Shown here: in pieces, positions 1 to 8,922 of the stretch
Layout of the letters: every line of letters starts with the position of its first letter
Numbering within the stretch: the first letter of the stretch is position 1
Assembly: GCF_024509055.1 (NCBI RefSeq)
Contig: NZ_JANINM010000385.1
Location: 67,952-131,951, forward strand
Origin: Mesorhizobium sp.
GTDB lineage: Bacteria > Pseudomonadota > Alphaproteobacteria > Rhizobiales > Rhizobiaceae
Reading direction: 5' to 3'
DNA length: 64,000 nucleotides
The notes under the pieces: model-generated
The model's input: the letters and a program-made list of their open reading frames with translations, nothing else
The model's database searches: none
What the model was told of the DNA's origin: nothing
Made by a program: the position numbers and the translations under genes

Positions 1-2274
1 CAGCCGGTATGGGTCGATCGCGAGATGTGGGAGAAGATCGTTCTCAACCTTCTCTCCAACGCCTTCAAATATACGTTGGCGGGCGGCGTCACCGTCAAGC
101 TTCGCGCGGAAGGTGAGAATGTCCGGCTCGATGTGATCGACACCGGCGTCGGAGTGCCCGAGGCCGAATTGCCGCTGGTGTTCGATCGCTTCCATCGCAT
201 CGAGGGGCAGCAGGGCCGCACCCACGAGGGCACCGGGATCGGCCTTGCACTGGTCAAGGACCTCGCGCAGCTTCACGGCGGCAGCGTCGAGGTTGCAAGC
301 CGCCCTGGCGAAGGCACGACCTTCACCGTTACCGTGCCGTTCGGTCGCGCTCATGTCCCCACGGACGTTCCGGCTGCACCGGCCCAGCTTTCCACCGCAA
401 CGCGGGCCGAGACGTTCGTCTCAGAGGCGCTGCGCTGGTTGCCGGGCGGTGGAGATGCACCGGCGCAGACCCTGGCTGATCCCGCCACGAGCGAAGCATC
501 GCGCGGGCAGACGGTTCTGCTTGCCGACGACAATGCCGACATGCGTGGCTATGTGGAACGGCTGCTGAGCGATGCCGGCTACCGGGTCGAGGCGGTTGCC
601 GATGGGGAGGAAGCAGCCGAGCGGGTAGTGGAAGTAGCGCCCGACCTCATCCTGTCCGACGTGATGATGCCGCGGCTCGATGGCTTCGGCCTCATCAAGC
701 GGCTGCGCTCGGACCCGGACACCGCCGATCTGCCGATCATCCTGCTGTCCGCCCGCGCCGGCGAGGAAGCATCGATCGAGGGGATCGAAGCCGGTGCCGA
801 CGATTATCTGGTGAAGCCGTTCGCCGCCCGCGAACTGCTGGCAAAGGTGGAGGGCGCGATCCGGCTAGCCCGGTTGCGCGGCGAAAACGCGGCGGAGTTG
901 CGTGAGGCAAACCGCCAGCTTGCCGATCGCGAAGCCTTTCTGGCCGGTGTGCTGGCCAGCTCGACCGACTGCATCAAGGTGCTCGACCTCGATGGTCGCC
1001 TGACCTTCATGTCGGAAGGCGGACAGCGGATCATGGAGGTGAGCGACTTTAATCAGGTCGCAAGCTGTCCTTGGCCGGACTTCTGGACCGGCAGCGGCAA
1101 CGAGCAAGCGAGGGCAGCGGTCGAGGCTGCACGCGCTGGCGAGACGCGCAGCTTCATCGGCCGGGCCAACACTTTCGCCGGCACACCGCGATGGTGGGAC
1201 GTTGCCGTCAGCCCGATCATGGGGCCGGATGGCAAGCCCGAACGCATCCTGTCGGTGTCGCGCGACATCACCGCGACCCGCGAGAACGAGGAGGAGCGCA
1301 ACCAGCTTGTCCGCATCGTCGAGAACAGCACCGACTTCATCGGTATGGCACGAACCGATGGCACGTCCTTCTTCCTGAACGATGCCGCGCGTGAGCTCGT
1401 CGGACTGGAAGATGCCGACATCGGCGCGATCTCCATCGCCGACTATTTTTCACCGGAGGAAGCGCGGATCGTCGCCGACGAGGTGCTGCCGCACGTCGAC
1501 GAAACAGGTTCATGGTCAGGAGAGCGCACCTTCCGGCATTTCCGGACGGGTGAGCGCATTCCCGTGCTCTGCACCATCTTCCCGGTGACCGACAGCGACG
1601 GGCGACCGATGGGCTATGGCACCGTCACTCGCGACATTCGCGACCGCAAGCGTGCCGAGGAACAGCAACTGCTCCTCAACAACGAACTTGGCCATCGCCT
1701 CAAGAACGTCCTCACCGTCGTCCAGTCCGTTGCTTCGCAGACGCTGCGTCAGGCCGACAGCACCGCAGCAGCCGCGCAGGCGCTTGCCTCGCGCCTGTCG
1801 GCATTGGGCGAGGCGACCAACGTGCTGACCGCAGGCTCATGGGAATCGGCTGACCTGTTCCAGCTCGTCAGCAAGGCGTTGGCACCGCATGGCGGAGTGG
1901 GCGAGCGTATCCATGCCTCTGGCCCTAGGGTCACGCTTCAGCCCCAGGTGACGCTGGCGCTCGCACTGGCACTCCACGAGTTGGCGACCAATGCCGCAAA
2001 ATATGGAGCACTATCCACACCAGAGGGACATATCGATCTCACCTGGGCTGTAACGAACGGACACAATGGCGAAGAACGCCGTTTTTCGCTGCACTGGAAG
2101 GAGGTTGGCGGACCTGAAGTCCACGTGCCGACACGGCGTGGGTTCGGTTCGACGATGATCGAGCGATCGCTTCGTGCGTATTTCCGGGGTCAGGCGCAGA
2201 TTGCCTATCCGGCAACCGGCGTCGAATTTGAACTGCAATGTCCGCTCGGTGATGCGGGAACGGTGAGCGAGTAA
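1..2274 (+). CDS. Hybrid sensor histidine kinase (HATPase_c-REC-PAS-PAS-HWE kinase), 5' end outside window
   Basis: Frame is open from base 1 (QPVWVDREMWEK). It has N box NLLSNAFKYT, G boxes DTGVG/GTGIGL, receiver LADDNAD..DVMMP..KPF, two PAS-like repeats, and HWE motifs ELGHRLKN, HELATNAAKYGALS, WKEVGGP, RRGFGS. Confidence 0.9.
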   Translation, partial: QPVWVDREMWEKIVLNLLSNAFKYTLAGGVTVKLRAEGENVRLDVIDTGVGVPEAELPLVFDRFHRIEGQQGRTHEGTGIGLALVKDLAQLHGGSVEVASRPGEGTTFTVTVPFGRAHVPTDVPAAPAQLSTATRAETFVSEALRWLPGGGDAPAQTLADPATSEASRGQTVLLADDNADMRGYVERLLSDAGYRVEAVADGEEAAERVVEVAPDLILSDVMMPRLDGFGLIKRLRSDPDTADLPIILLSARAGEEASIEGIEAGADDYLVKPFAARELLAKVEGAIRLARLRGENAAELREANRQLADREAFLAGVLASSTDCIKVLDLDGRLTFMSEGGQRIMEVSDFNQVASCPWPDFWTGSGNEQARAAVEAARAGETRSFIGRANTFAGTPRWWDVAVSPIMGPDGKPERILSVSRDITATRENEEERNQLVRIVENSTDFIGMARTDGTSFFLNDAARELVGLEDADIGAISIADYFSPEEARIVADEVLPHVDETGSWSGERTFRHFRTGERIPVLCTIFPVTDSDGRPMGYGTVTRDIRDRKRAEEQQLLLNNELGHRLKNVLTVVQSVASQTLRQADSTAAAAQALASRLSALGEATNVLTAGSWESADLFQLVSKALAPHGGVGERIHASGPRVTLQPQVTLALALALHELATNAAKYGALSTPEGHIDLTWAVTNGHNGEERRFSLHWKEVGGPEVHVPTRRGFGSTMIERSLRAYFRGQAQIAYPATGVEFELQCPLGDAGTVSE

Positions 2275-2279
2275 GCGTC

Positions 2280-2657
2280 GTGGGTCAAAGCAAGCCGATC
2301 GATATGAACTCGATACTGATCGTCGAGGATGAAGCTATCATCCGCTTCGAGCTGATCGACCTCTTCGAGGACGAGGGTTACCGCGTCTTCGAAGCCGAAA
2401 ACGCCGATGAAGCCATCGCGATCATGAAGCGGAACAGCACCATTCGCATCGTGCTGACCGATATTGACATGCCCGGGTCGATGGATGGGCTGAAGCTCGC
2501 GCATTATCTCCGCGAACGCTATCCCCCGACCCTGCTGCTCATCGCATCCGGGCGAGTGTCGGTTCCAGAAAAGGATTTGCCGGACTACAGTGCTTTTCTG
2601 TCGAAGCCGTTCGATCCAGCGCGCCTTATGCGGACCATTGATCGGATGACGCGATAG
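2280..2657 (+). CDS. Single-domain response regulator (receiver)
   Basis: ILIVEDE..TDIDMPG..DG..KPF. Directly follows the kinase; the start may be ATG 2304. Confidence 0.9.
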   Translation: MGQSKPIDMNSILIVEDEAIIRFELIDLFEDEGYRVFEAENADEAIAIMKRNSTIRIVLTDIDMPGSMDGLKLAHYLRERYPPTLLLIASGRVSVPEKDLPDYSAFLSKPFDPARLMRTIDRMTR

Positions 2658-2961
2658 CCGGAACGGCAACTTCAGAATCAAGCATTCGGTGCCAGCTTCC
2701 CGATTTGGATCGAATGACGGGAATCCCGCCGCGCCGATCGCGCTGACGGCCGACTGCGGGTTCCGCTTTCCCAAAAACCTGTTCCCGATTGCCTCTTCTC
2801 AAAATGCCATGCCGGAACGGAGAAATGGGAAAGCGGAAATGCCATGGGACCGAACGAAGGAGGCCCGCCAGCGGCGGGCCTTGAAGTTCCTTTGACGATG
2901 AGGGGAGGCTATCGCTCACATTCTCAAAGCCGGAAAAACCAATGTAGCGGCACTACAGATT

Positions 2962-3570
2962 TTAGAATCCGCCTTTGATAAGGCGTTGTATCCTTGCAAC
3001 CTCCTGCGCCGCTTCAAGCGCCGCTCTCATGGTCGGACTGCCTTGCAACTCTCGCATTGCCCGCATCGTCGGACTGTCGTGCAGTTCGCGCATCGCTCGC
3101 ATAGTCGGATCATCGTAAAGGGTGCGCGCGGCGCGCATCGCCGGCGAGTCATAGACCTCACGCATGGCTTTCATGCCCGGCTCGTCATACGCCGCCCGCA
3201 AGGCTGCGGAGGTCGAGTTCTCCCAAGTTCCGGTTCCCAGCATACCAGACACCTTCCTCTGCGCTTCGGCAATCTGACGCACCATTCGCGGTGAATAGGA
3301 GGGAGCGACACGACGCGCCGACATCGACGCGACAGATCGACGGTCCTGTGCCGCAGCCAGATGCTTGTCGCGGCCGGTCTGCCACTTCACCTGCAACCGC
3401 CGGACGGTTGCGGCATCGGGATTGCCGAGAACCTGTCGAATGGCTGGCGTGACTTTCAACCTCGGATCGGCCGCCATCAGGTCGGCCACCTTATTGAGGG
3501 TGGGGGTGTCATCCTTTCCCGTCCCGATCGGCCGTCCGCGGCCCCGCTTACTGCTGTTCATCATGGTCAT
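2962..3570 (-). CDS. Hypothetical DNA-binding protein (AT-hook plus KfrA_N-like N-terminus) with five 12-aa C-terminal repeats
   Basis: RGRGRP AT-hook; VADLMAA..VTPAIRQVLG....TVRRLQVKW resembles KfrA_N; repeats of (Y/H)DSPTMRAMREL; RBS-like GAAGGA upstream. Confidence 0.65.
   Translation of the reverse strand: MTMMNSSKRGRGRPIGTGKDDTPTLNKVADLMAADPRLKVTPAIRQVLGNPDAATVRRLQVKWQTGRDKHLAAAQDRRSVASMSARRVAPSYSPRMVRQIAEAQRKVSGMLGTGTWENSTSAALRAAYDEPGMKAMREVYDSPAMRAARTLYDDPTMRAMRELHDSPTMRAMRELQGSPTMRAALEAAQEVARIQRLIKGGF
3020..3195 (-). repeat. Degenerate 36-bp tandem repeat (5 units) inside CDS 2962-3570
   Basis: YDEPGMKAMREV / YDSPAMRAARTL / YDDPTMRAMREL / HDSPTMRAMREL / QGSPTMRAALEA. Boundaries are approximate. 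Confidence 0.8.
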
Positions 3571-3639
3571 CCTTCATCTTGCTGCGGCTAAAATGACCAA
3601 GAAATCAGCACGTTCAAGTGAGAAGAAATAAAGTCGAAA

Positions 3640-3715
3640 AGCGAGGATAAATAGGCCGTTAGACTACGAGTGCTTCTTCTGCAGCGAGGATAAATGCCAA
3701 CATTATCCTCGCTGC
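3640..3715. promoter_or_regulatory. 13-bp inverted repeat plus direct repeat upstream of the KfrA-like gene (operator and/or terminator)
   Basis: GCAGCGAGGATAA 3681-3693 / TTATCCTCGCTGC 3703-3715; AGCGAGGATAAAT at both 3640-3652 and 3683-3695. Confidence 0.55.
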
Positions 3716-3717
3716 CT

Positions 3718-4779
3718 TCAAGGCCGCCCCCGCAGCCCTCCAGACGCCTGACTGAACACCACCAGCCTCTCCGGCTCGGCCGCGAACCAAGCGTAGCTTC
3801 CCCATGCGAGGCTATCGACCGTCTTCTTGAACGGCCCGGCGCTGCGATCGAGAAACGCCGTCACGAACGCAACATGCTCGGCAGGGAAGCCCGTCTCGGT
3901 GACCAACGCCTCCAGCGCCTCCTTGCGACGTTCGCTGATCGGGCCATCGGTCGCGACCACCTCCACGAACACCAGCAACGGATGCGTCGGCCCAAGGTCG
4001 ACGAGGATTGTGTCGGGCAGGTTCCGATCTGCCTGAATGGTAAGACCGATCGACCGCGCCAGCTCGTCGTCGCGTGCGACCACCTTGTTGCCGCTCTCGC
4101 TGAGGAACAAGACGGCAGGATCGGCAAGGAAGGCGGGGGCGAACACCTCAACCACCGCCTTGGTGATCTCCGAGCTGGGGCCGGGCTTCATCCGGCGTGT
4201 CTCGCCGTTCGGAAAGGTGACCAGCACCTGGTCAGCACTGACGCCGGCACCACGGCGAACAATCGCCAGCCGGGCGAGGGCTCCCTTGTTCAACGCCTCG
4301 GCCTGCCACGCCGCGATCCGGGTCTGCAGCACTTCGCCGGCGAGGTCCGGGTCGAACAAAGCGGCGAAGCCCGCCTTCAGCGCATAACGCGGCTTGCTCG
4401 ACGTGGTGGCAAGGTCGGTGCGCTCGGTTACCGCGCCGATCGCCACTAGCCCCTCGCGCAGCGTCTCGTCGCGGATCGGCTCGCGAGTGTTATCCTGATA
4501 CCAGCGCCGGCCAGTGATCTGGCTGCCGGTGCGCAGGACGCCCGTCGCATAGCTGGCCCGGTCCAAGGCGTCGGTACGCGCCGCCTGTTCGTCAGTCATG
4601 CGATAGACGTGCTTGGGACCGAGATACGTCCCGCTGCCCTCAACCGCATCGATATATAGGGCGACGAACACCGTGCTCGCCGCCAGCATCCGGGTCAGAT
4701 AAGCGCGATTGGGCGCTCCATCGGGGAAGATCTCCTGCAGCCGGGCATGAACCTCCTCACGGGTCAGCAGCGGCGTCAT
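3718..4779 (-). CDS. Type II restriction endonuclease, BsuBI/PstI family
   Basis: WYQDNTREPIRDETLR, TTSSKPRY, and PD-(D/E)xK-like LPDTILVD..FVEVVATDGP. Overlaps the MTase stop (ATGA). Confidence 0.88.
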   Translation of the reverse strand: MTPLLTREEVHARLQEIFPDGAPNRAYLTRMLAASTVFVALYIDAVEGSGTYLGPKHVYRMTDEQAARTDALDRASYATGVLRTGSQITGRRWYQDNTREPIRDETLREGLVAIGAVTERTDLATTSSKPRYALKAGFAALFDPDLAGEVLQTRIAAWQAEALNKGALARLAIVRRGAGVSADQVLVTFPNGETRRMKPGPSSEITKAVVEVFAPAFLADPAVLFLSESGNKVVARDDELARSIGLTIQADRNLPDTILVDLGPTHPLLVFVEVVATDGPISERRKEALEALVTETGFPAEHVAFVTAFLDRSAGPFKKTVDSLAWGSYAWFAAEPERLVVFSQASGGLRGRP

Positions 4780-6548
4780 GGGGCGACCTGCCCATAGAGG
4801 CGCGCCAGTTCGTCCTCGATGGCGACACCGCGGCAGACCAGTGCCTCCACCTTTTTCATCGCGGCGGGTGAGGGCAGGGGCAAAGCTTCCATCTCGAACG
4901 CCGATACCGCGACACTGCCGTTAATGCAGCGGAAGAGCTGGTCGACGATCGCGCTGTTCAACACTGCCGCGACCGTTGCCGGCGACACCGCCGGTCGCGC
5001 GCATGGCCTGACCATGTTCAGATGGTTCTCGACCACCACGCCGCCATGCTGCGCGATAAAGTCCGCCGGCAGCTCGGCCGCGATCAGGCGGCGCGCCTGC
5101 TCCTTCGCGGTGGTACGCTGGACCAGAACGCACGCCTCCTCGACCAGCAGCCAGGCGTCGCCACGCTCGATCTTGAAATAGGGCGCGTGATTGCGCTTCT
5201 CGGCCCGGAACGCGAAGCGACCGTCCGCCGACACCGCCTCCGCCCAGATCAGCGGATGTGCCCCGCGTGCGGGGCGGAGCCGCATCTGGTCCTTGTAGCG
5301 GTTCCACACCAGCGGCCCCGTCGAGACGCGGTAGCCCCAGTCGGCAAGCCGCGCTGGCATTGTCTCGGCCTTGGCGATCAGGGCGCTGTGCCGCGGCTCG
5401 CGCGGCGCCAGCCACGGTTGCGAGGCGGGGGAGGGCAGGCCGATCGTACCGTTGCGGATGACACGGGCCTCGCGCTCGTTCGCAACCTCGACATAATGAA
5501 CCTGGGCGCGGCCGGGCTTGGCGCCCCGCTTGTAGGCCGCCAGCAATGTCTCCTGAAGCACGTCCTCGAACACGCCGCGTCGGGCATGGACGAAATCGAT
5601 CGCGACGGGTGGCGCCTCCTTGGCAATCAGCTCGCGCAGCGCGGAATAGTAATGCCCCGACAGGAAGCTGGTCGGCGTCAGATAGGCGATCGTCCCGCCC
5701 TTCTTCGTCCAGCGCACGGCAATATCCGTGAACACACCATAGAGATTGGCGTGACCGTAGAGGCCGCGTGCGAACCGCTGGCGTTGCTCGGGGGTGAGGG
5801 TGACGCGGCCATATGGAGGATTCCCGATCACCAAGTCGAAGCGGGCGCTGGGCGCCTCCTCCAGCGTGTCGGCGACGCGCACGATGATCGGGGCGGGGCG
5901 ACCTGCAGCGGTGGTCACGTCCGCCAGCAGCAACTCGATCGCATTCTGCCCGAAACCGGCGGCATAGGGGTCCAACTCCAGCCCGGTCAGACGGGTGCCG
6001 ATCTGCCGCAACACGATCGCCGGCTCGGTCGCGGGAAGCGCTGCGATCATCCGTTCGGCTGCAGGCAACAAGAACGCGCCCCCGCCGCTCGCCGGATCGA
6101 GTACGCGTGCACGGGTCCAGTCGATCCCCTGTTCCTCGGCCATATCGAGCAACCGGTTCGCCAGCGCCGGCGGGGTGTAGAATGCCCCCATCGCTCCGCG
6201 CTCCCTTGCCGCAAGTAGTGTCGTGTAGAGGCCGGTCAGGAAATAGACCGCCTCGGTGATCGGCAGCGGCGCGGCTTCGCGCCCAACGGCCTGCGCCAAC
6301 TCGGCGACCGTGCGATCGAGCCGGCCATAGGGTGCGGCAAACGGTGGACTGAGGGTCGCATGGGGTCGAGCCTCAATGCGATAGGTGTCGATCGCAACGC
6401 GGGTGAACAGCGCGGCCATGTCTCGGCGTCGGGGTTCGGGCAGCGTCTCTGCCCAAGCTCGCGCAAGCTGGCGAGCGCGGGCCAGCTCGTAGCGTTGCGC
6501 GTCGAGGTCTGCAGGCAGGTCGCGGAGCAGGGCAGGGGCCAGGCTCAT
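4776..6548 (-). CDS. N6-adenine DNA methyltransferase (Eco57I/BsuBI-like, gamma class)
   Basis: GAFYTPP, motif I VLDPASGGGAFL, motif IV GNPPY. ATG 6548 overlaps the resolvase TGA. Confidence 0.9.
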   Translation of the reverse strand: MSLAPALLRDLPADLDAQRYELARARQLARAWAETLPEPRRRDMAALFTRVAIDTYRIEARPHATLSPPFAAPYGRLDRTVAELAQAVGREAAPLPITEAVYFLTGLYTTLLAARERGAMGAFYTPPALANRLLDMAEEQGIDWTRARVLDPASGGGAFLLPAAERMIAALPATEPAIVLRQIGTRLTGLELDPYAAGFGQNAIELLLADVTTAAGRPAPIIVRVADTLEEAPSARFDLVIGNPPYGRVTLTPEQRQRFARGLYGHANLYGVFTDIAVRWTKKGGTIAYLTPTSFLSGHYYSALRELIAKEAPPVAIDFVHARRGVFEDVLQETLLAAYKRGAKPGRAQVHYVEVANEREARVIRNGTIGLPSPASQPWLAPREPRHSALIAKAETMPARLADWGYRVSTGPLVWNRYKDQMRLRPARGAHPLIWAEAVSADGRFAFRAEKRNHAPYFKIERGDAWLLVEEACVLVQRTTAKEQARRLIAAELPADFIAQHGGVVVENHLNMVRPCARPAVSPATVAAVLNSAIVDQLFRCINGSVAVSAFEMEALPLPSPAAMKKVEALVCRGVAIEDELARLYGQVAP

Positions 6549-7120
6549 GCCGCGGCCGATTGGTTGCGGTGATCGCGAAGCACACGCTGCACGGTCGATC
6601 GTGAGACGCGGAACAGGCTGGCGAGCTGCGCCGGCGATCCTTGGCCGGATTCCGCTTTGGCAACAATCTCGGCCCGCTGCTGCCGGGTGAGGCTTGGCCG
6701 GCGACCCAGCAGGCGTCCAGCCTGGCGCGCGTGCGCCAGCCCGCTCATGGTGCGCTCGCGGATCATGGCGCGCTCGAACTCGGCGAATGCCCCCAGCGTC
6801 TGCGTCATCAATCGTCCTGCCGGCGTCGTCGTGTCCACGGCCTCGGTCAGCGATCGGAACCCGGCACCGGCTGCCGCGACTTCCTCCAGCGTGAATAGGA
6901 GGTCGCGCAGCGAACGGGACAGGCGATCGAGCTTCCACACCACCAATACGTCACCCCGCTGCAGGCTTTGGATCGCACGCGCCAATTCGGGCCGATCAGC
7001 CTGTCCGCCTGAGGCTTCCTCGCGGAGGATGGGATCGCACCCCGCCGCAGCGAGCGCGGCGACCTGTGCATCGAGGTCTTGATGATCGCCGCGGGACACC
7101 CGCGCATAGCCGATTTGCAT
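6545..7120 (-). CDS. Serine recombinase (resolvase/invertase) 1
   Basis: MQIGYARVS, VWKLDRLSRS, FAEFERAMIRERT, C-terminal HTH. Confidence 0.93.
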   Translation of the reverse strand: MQIGYARVSRGDHQDLDAQVAALAAAGCDPILREEASGGQADRPELARAIQSLQRGDVLVVWKLDRLSRSLRDLLFTLEEVAAAGAGFRSLTEAVDTTTPAGRLMTQTLGAFAEFERAMIRERTMSGLAHARQAGRLLGRRPSLTRQQRAEIVAKAESGQGSPAQLASLFRVSRSTVQRVLRDHRNQSAAA

Positions 7121-7199
7121 GTCGCGTTCTGACACGGGATTTTGACACCTGTAAACCCGCGGAAATGCATGGATCGACCTGCAGTGTCACAACCGAACG
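7121..7199. promoter_or_regulatory. res-like site of resolvase 1; outer subsite interrupted at 7200
   Basis: TGACAC/GTGTCA half-sites at 7130, 7143 and 7184; GTCACAAC-CGAACG abuts the inverted repeat at 7200. Confidence 0.5.
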
Positions 7200-7315
7200 T
7201 GGCTGTTGAAAATCTCGCGTTCGAATTGATGTTGCGCGATTAGGGCACTGAGCGCTCTTTCAGGCCCCATTCGGCTGGCGTGTGTTAAAAACCTATCGAA
7301 CGATCCCGATTTGAT

Positions 7316-7350
7316 GCGCCGGCCCGCCGGGGGGATGGCCGGGCCGGCGC
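7316..7350 (-). terminator. GC-rich hairpin downstream of the erythrin gene
   Basis: GCGCCGGCCC ... GGGCCGGCGC arms; the U-tract is weak. Confidence 0.4.
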
Positions 7351-7361
7351 CTGCAGCTGGC

Positions 7362-7841
7362 TTAGCGACGGGGGAGCTTTGCCAGGGCAGCCTTGTAAGC
7401 CGCGTAATGCGTGCCTTCGTCGACCGCGATCTGGCGGAACATCTGCGCCACCTTGGTGTCGCCGGCCGCCTCCGCCTCTTTGGCGAAATTCACGTACATC
7501 GTGACATTCTCGTAGTGCTCACCCTTCATGGCGTCCTCGAGATTCACATTGTTGGTGCTGCCGAGCCGCAGCGCTTGCGCTTCACGATCGAAGTGCTCGT
7601 TGGCTTCGACGTTGGCTGACGCGCGGAAGAGCTTGGCGAGTTCGGGTTTTCCCGCCGCCTGCGCCTGGTCGGCGTACCGCAGATACTTCAGGTTGGCATA
7701 GGCCTCCCCATGCATCGCGGCCTCGAGGTTCGCCCGCGTGCTGGCGGCGAGCGGGCGGGTCGGCTCCGACGGCGCGGCGGTCACGCTGACGGCGAAAATG
7801 GTCGCGGCACCGGCGGCAGCGACGATCAAGGACTTCATCAT
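7362..7841 (-). CDS. Rubrerythrin-family (erythrin, ferritin-like di-iron) protein with signal peptide
   Basis: TRANLEAAMHGEAYANLKY..EANEH and GEHYENVTMY..DEGTH give two E..ExxH motifs. No rubredoxin CxxC domain; Sec-type N-terminus. Confidence 0.85.
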   Translation of the reverse strand: MMKSLIVAAAGAATIFAVSVTAAPSEPTRPLAASTRANLEAAMHGEAYANLKYLRYADQAQAAGKPELAKLFRASANVEANEHFDREAQALRLGSTNNVNLEDAMKGEHYENVTMYVNFAKEAEAAGDTKVAQMFRQIAVDEGTHYAAYKAALAKLPRR

Positions 7842-7894
7842 GGTCGATACTCCATTGCCGCCGGAAATGCGGCTGCCCCGCTATCGAACCCGGT

Positions 7895-7912
7895 CCTGAC
7901 GACGACCTGACA
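7895..7912 (-). promoter_or_regulatory. Direct-repeat box TGTCAGG-N5-GTCAGG (OmpR-family type), upstream of erythrin
   Basis: CCTGAC-GACGA-CCTGACA on the + strand; the same motif recurs at 7961 and 10937. Confidence 0.65.
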
Positions 7913-7960
7913 GGCCGATGGCCAGCGCATTTTTCGAGACGTGGGAAATACTCGCCGCGC

Positions 7961-7978
7961 TGTCAGGATTCGGTCAGG
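7961..7978 (+). promoter_or_regulatory. Direct-repeat box TGTCAGG-N5-GTCAGG, upstream of the PepSY operon
   Basis: TGTCAGG-ATTCG-GTCAGG, 11-bp period. Confidence 0.65.
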
Positions 7979-8035
7979 CGCTGCTGCGATCTTCCGGTCA
8001 TCGAGGCTATCCCGCCTCTGACAGGAGCTCGTTCG

Positions 8036-8317
8036 ATGATCCGATTCGCCCCCCTGAAGGTCGCAGGCTTTCTCGCCGCCATTGCAGCCGCGCCGATGGC
8101 GATGGCGGCACCCGTCTGCACGAAGGCACCACAGGCCAAATGGATGACGCCGGCACAGATGAAAAGCCGCGTCGCGAAGATGGGCTATCGCGACGTCAAG
8201 GTCTTTCAGGTGTCGGGCAGCTGCTACGAGATCTACGCCCACACCAAGGACGGCAAGCGCGCCGAGGTCTATTTCAACCCGGTGAACGGCGCGATCGTTC
8301 AGAACAACGTCGACTGA
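8036..8317 (+). CDS. Secreted PepSY domain protein
   Basis: Signal peptide; CTKAPQAKW..GY..CYEIYA..GKRAEVYFNPVNG; AGGAG RBS. Confidence 0.85.
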   Translation: MIRFAPLKVAGFLAAIAAAPMAMAAPVCTKAPQAKWMTPAQMKSRVAKMGYRDVKVFQVSGSCYEIYAHTKDGKRAEVYFNPVNGAIVQNNVD

Positions 8318-8319
8318 CG

Positions 8320-8922
8320 ATGAACCACGTCGCTCCAGCGGCTCCTTCCCGAGACCCTGTTCGCAACCGCGGCAGGGTCAAGGTCTGGGACCCGATCGTC
8401 CGCATCTTTCACTGGACCGTGGCAGGAGGTGTCATCGCCAACCTGACGTTCCTTCGGCACGAGGAGACGCCGCATATCTATGTCGGCTACGTCGTCGTCA
8501 CGGCGCTGGCGGTCCGGCTGATCTGGGGCATCATCGGCCGGCGTCACGCACGGTTCGCCAGCTTCGTGCCCAGCCCAGTCGGGCTGCTGCGCTATTTCCG
8601 CGCGATGGCTGCCCGGCGCGAGCCGCGCTACATCGGTCACAACCCGGCCGGGGGCGCGATGATCGTCGTCCTCCTTGTCCTGCTGGCGACGGTGGGGACC
8701 AGCGGATGGATGATGGGGCTCGACCAATTCTGGGGTGTGGGCTGGGTCGAGACGTTGCACGAAACTGCCGCCAATGTTCTGATCGGCGCGGTAGCCCTGC
8801 ATGTCATCGGTGCGATCGTCGAGAGCGTACGGCACCGGGAAAACCTGCCGCTGGCGATGGTCACTGGCTACAAACGTGCACCAACGGGGACCGACATCGA
8901 CCATGCGCCTGCTGCTGATTGA
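8320..8922 (+). CDS. Cytochrome b/b6 domain (Ni-hydrogenase cyt b-like) membrane protein
   Basis: VWDPIVRIFHW, HIYVGY, GHNPAG, LHE..LHVIG..ENLPLAMVTG haem His motifs. Confidence 0.88.
   Translation: MNHVAPAAPSRDPVRNRGRVKVWDPIVRIFHWTVAGGVIANLTFLRHEETPHIYVGYVVVTALAVRLIWGIIGRRHARFASFVPSPVGLLRYFRAMAARREPRYIGHNPAGGAMIVVLLVLLATVGTSGWMMGLDQFWGVGWVETLHETAANVLIGAVALHVIGAIVESVRHRENLPLAMVTGYKRAPTGTDIDHAPAAD

Noticed and set aside
2660-2690. EcfG-type promoter GGAAC...CATT
   Set aside because: The -10 match is poor and no convincing gene lies downstream.
6549-6938. 720-aa N-terminally extended methyltransferase
   Set aside because: The extension is an alternative frame inside the resolvase; the ATGA overlap supports a start at 6548.
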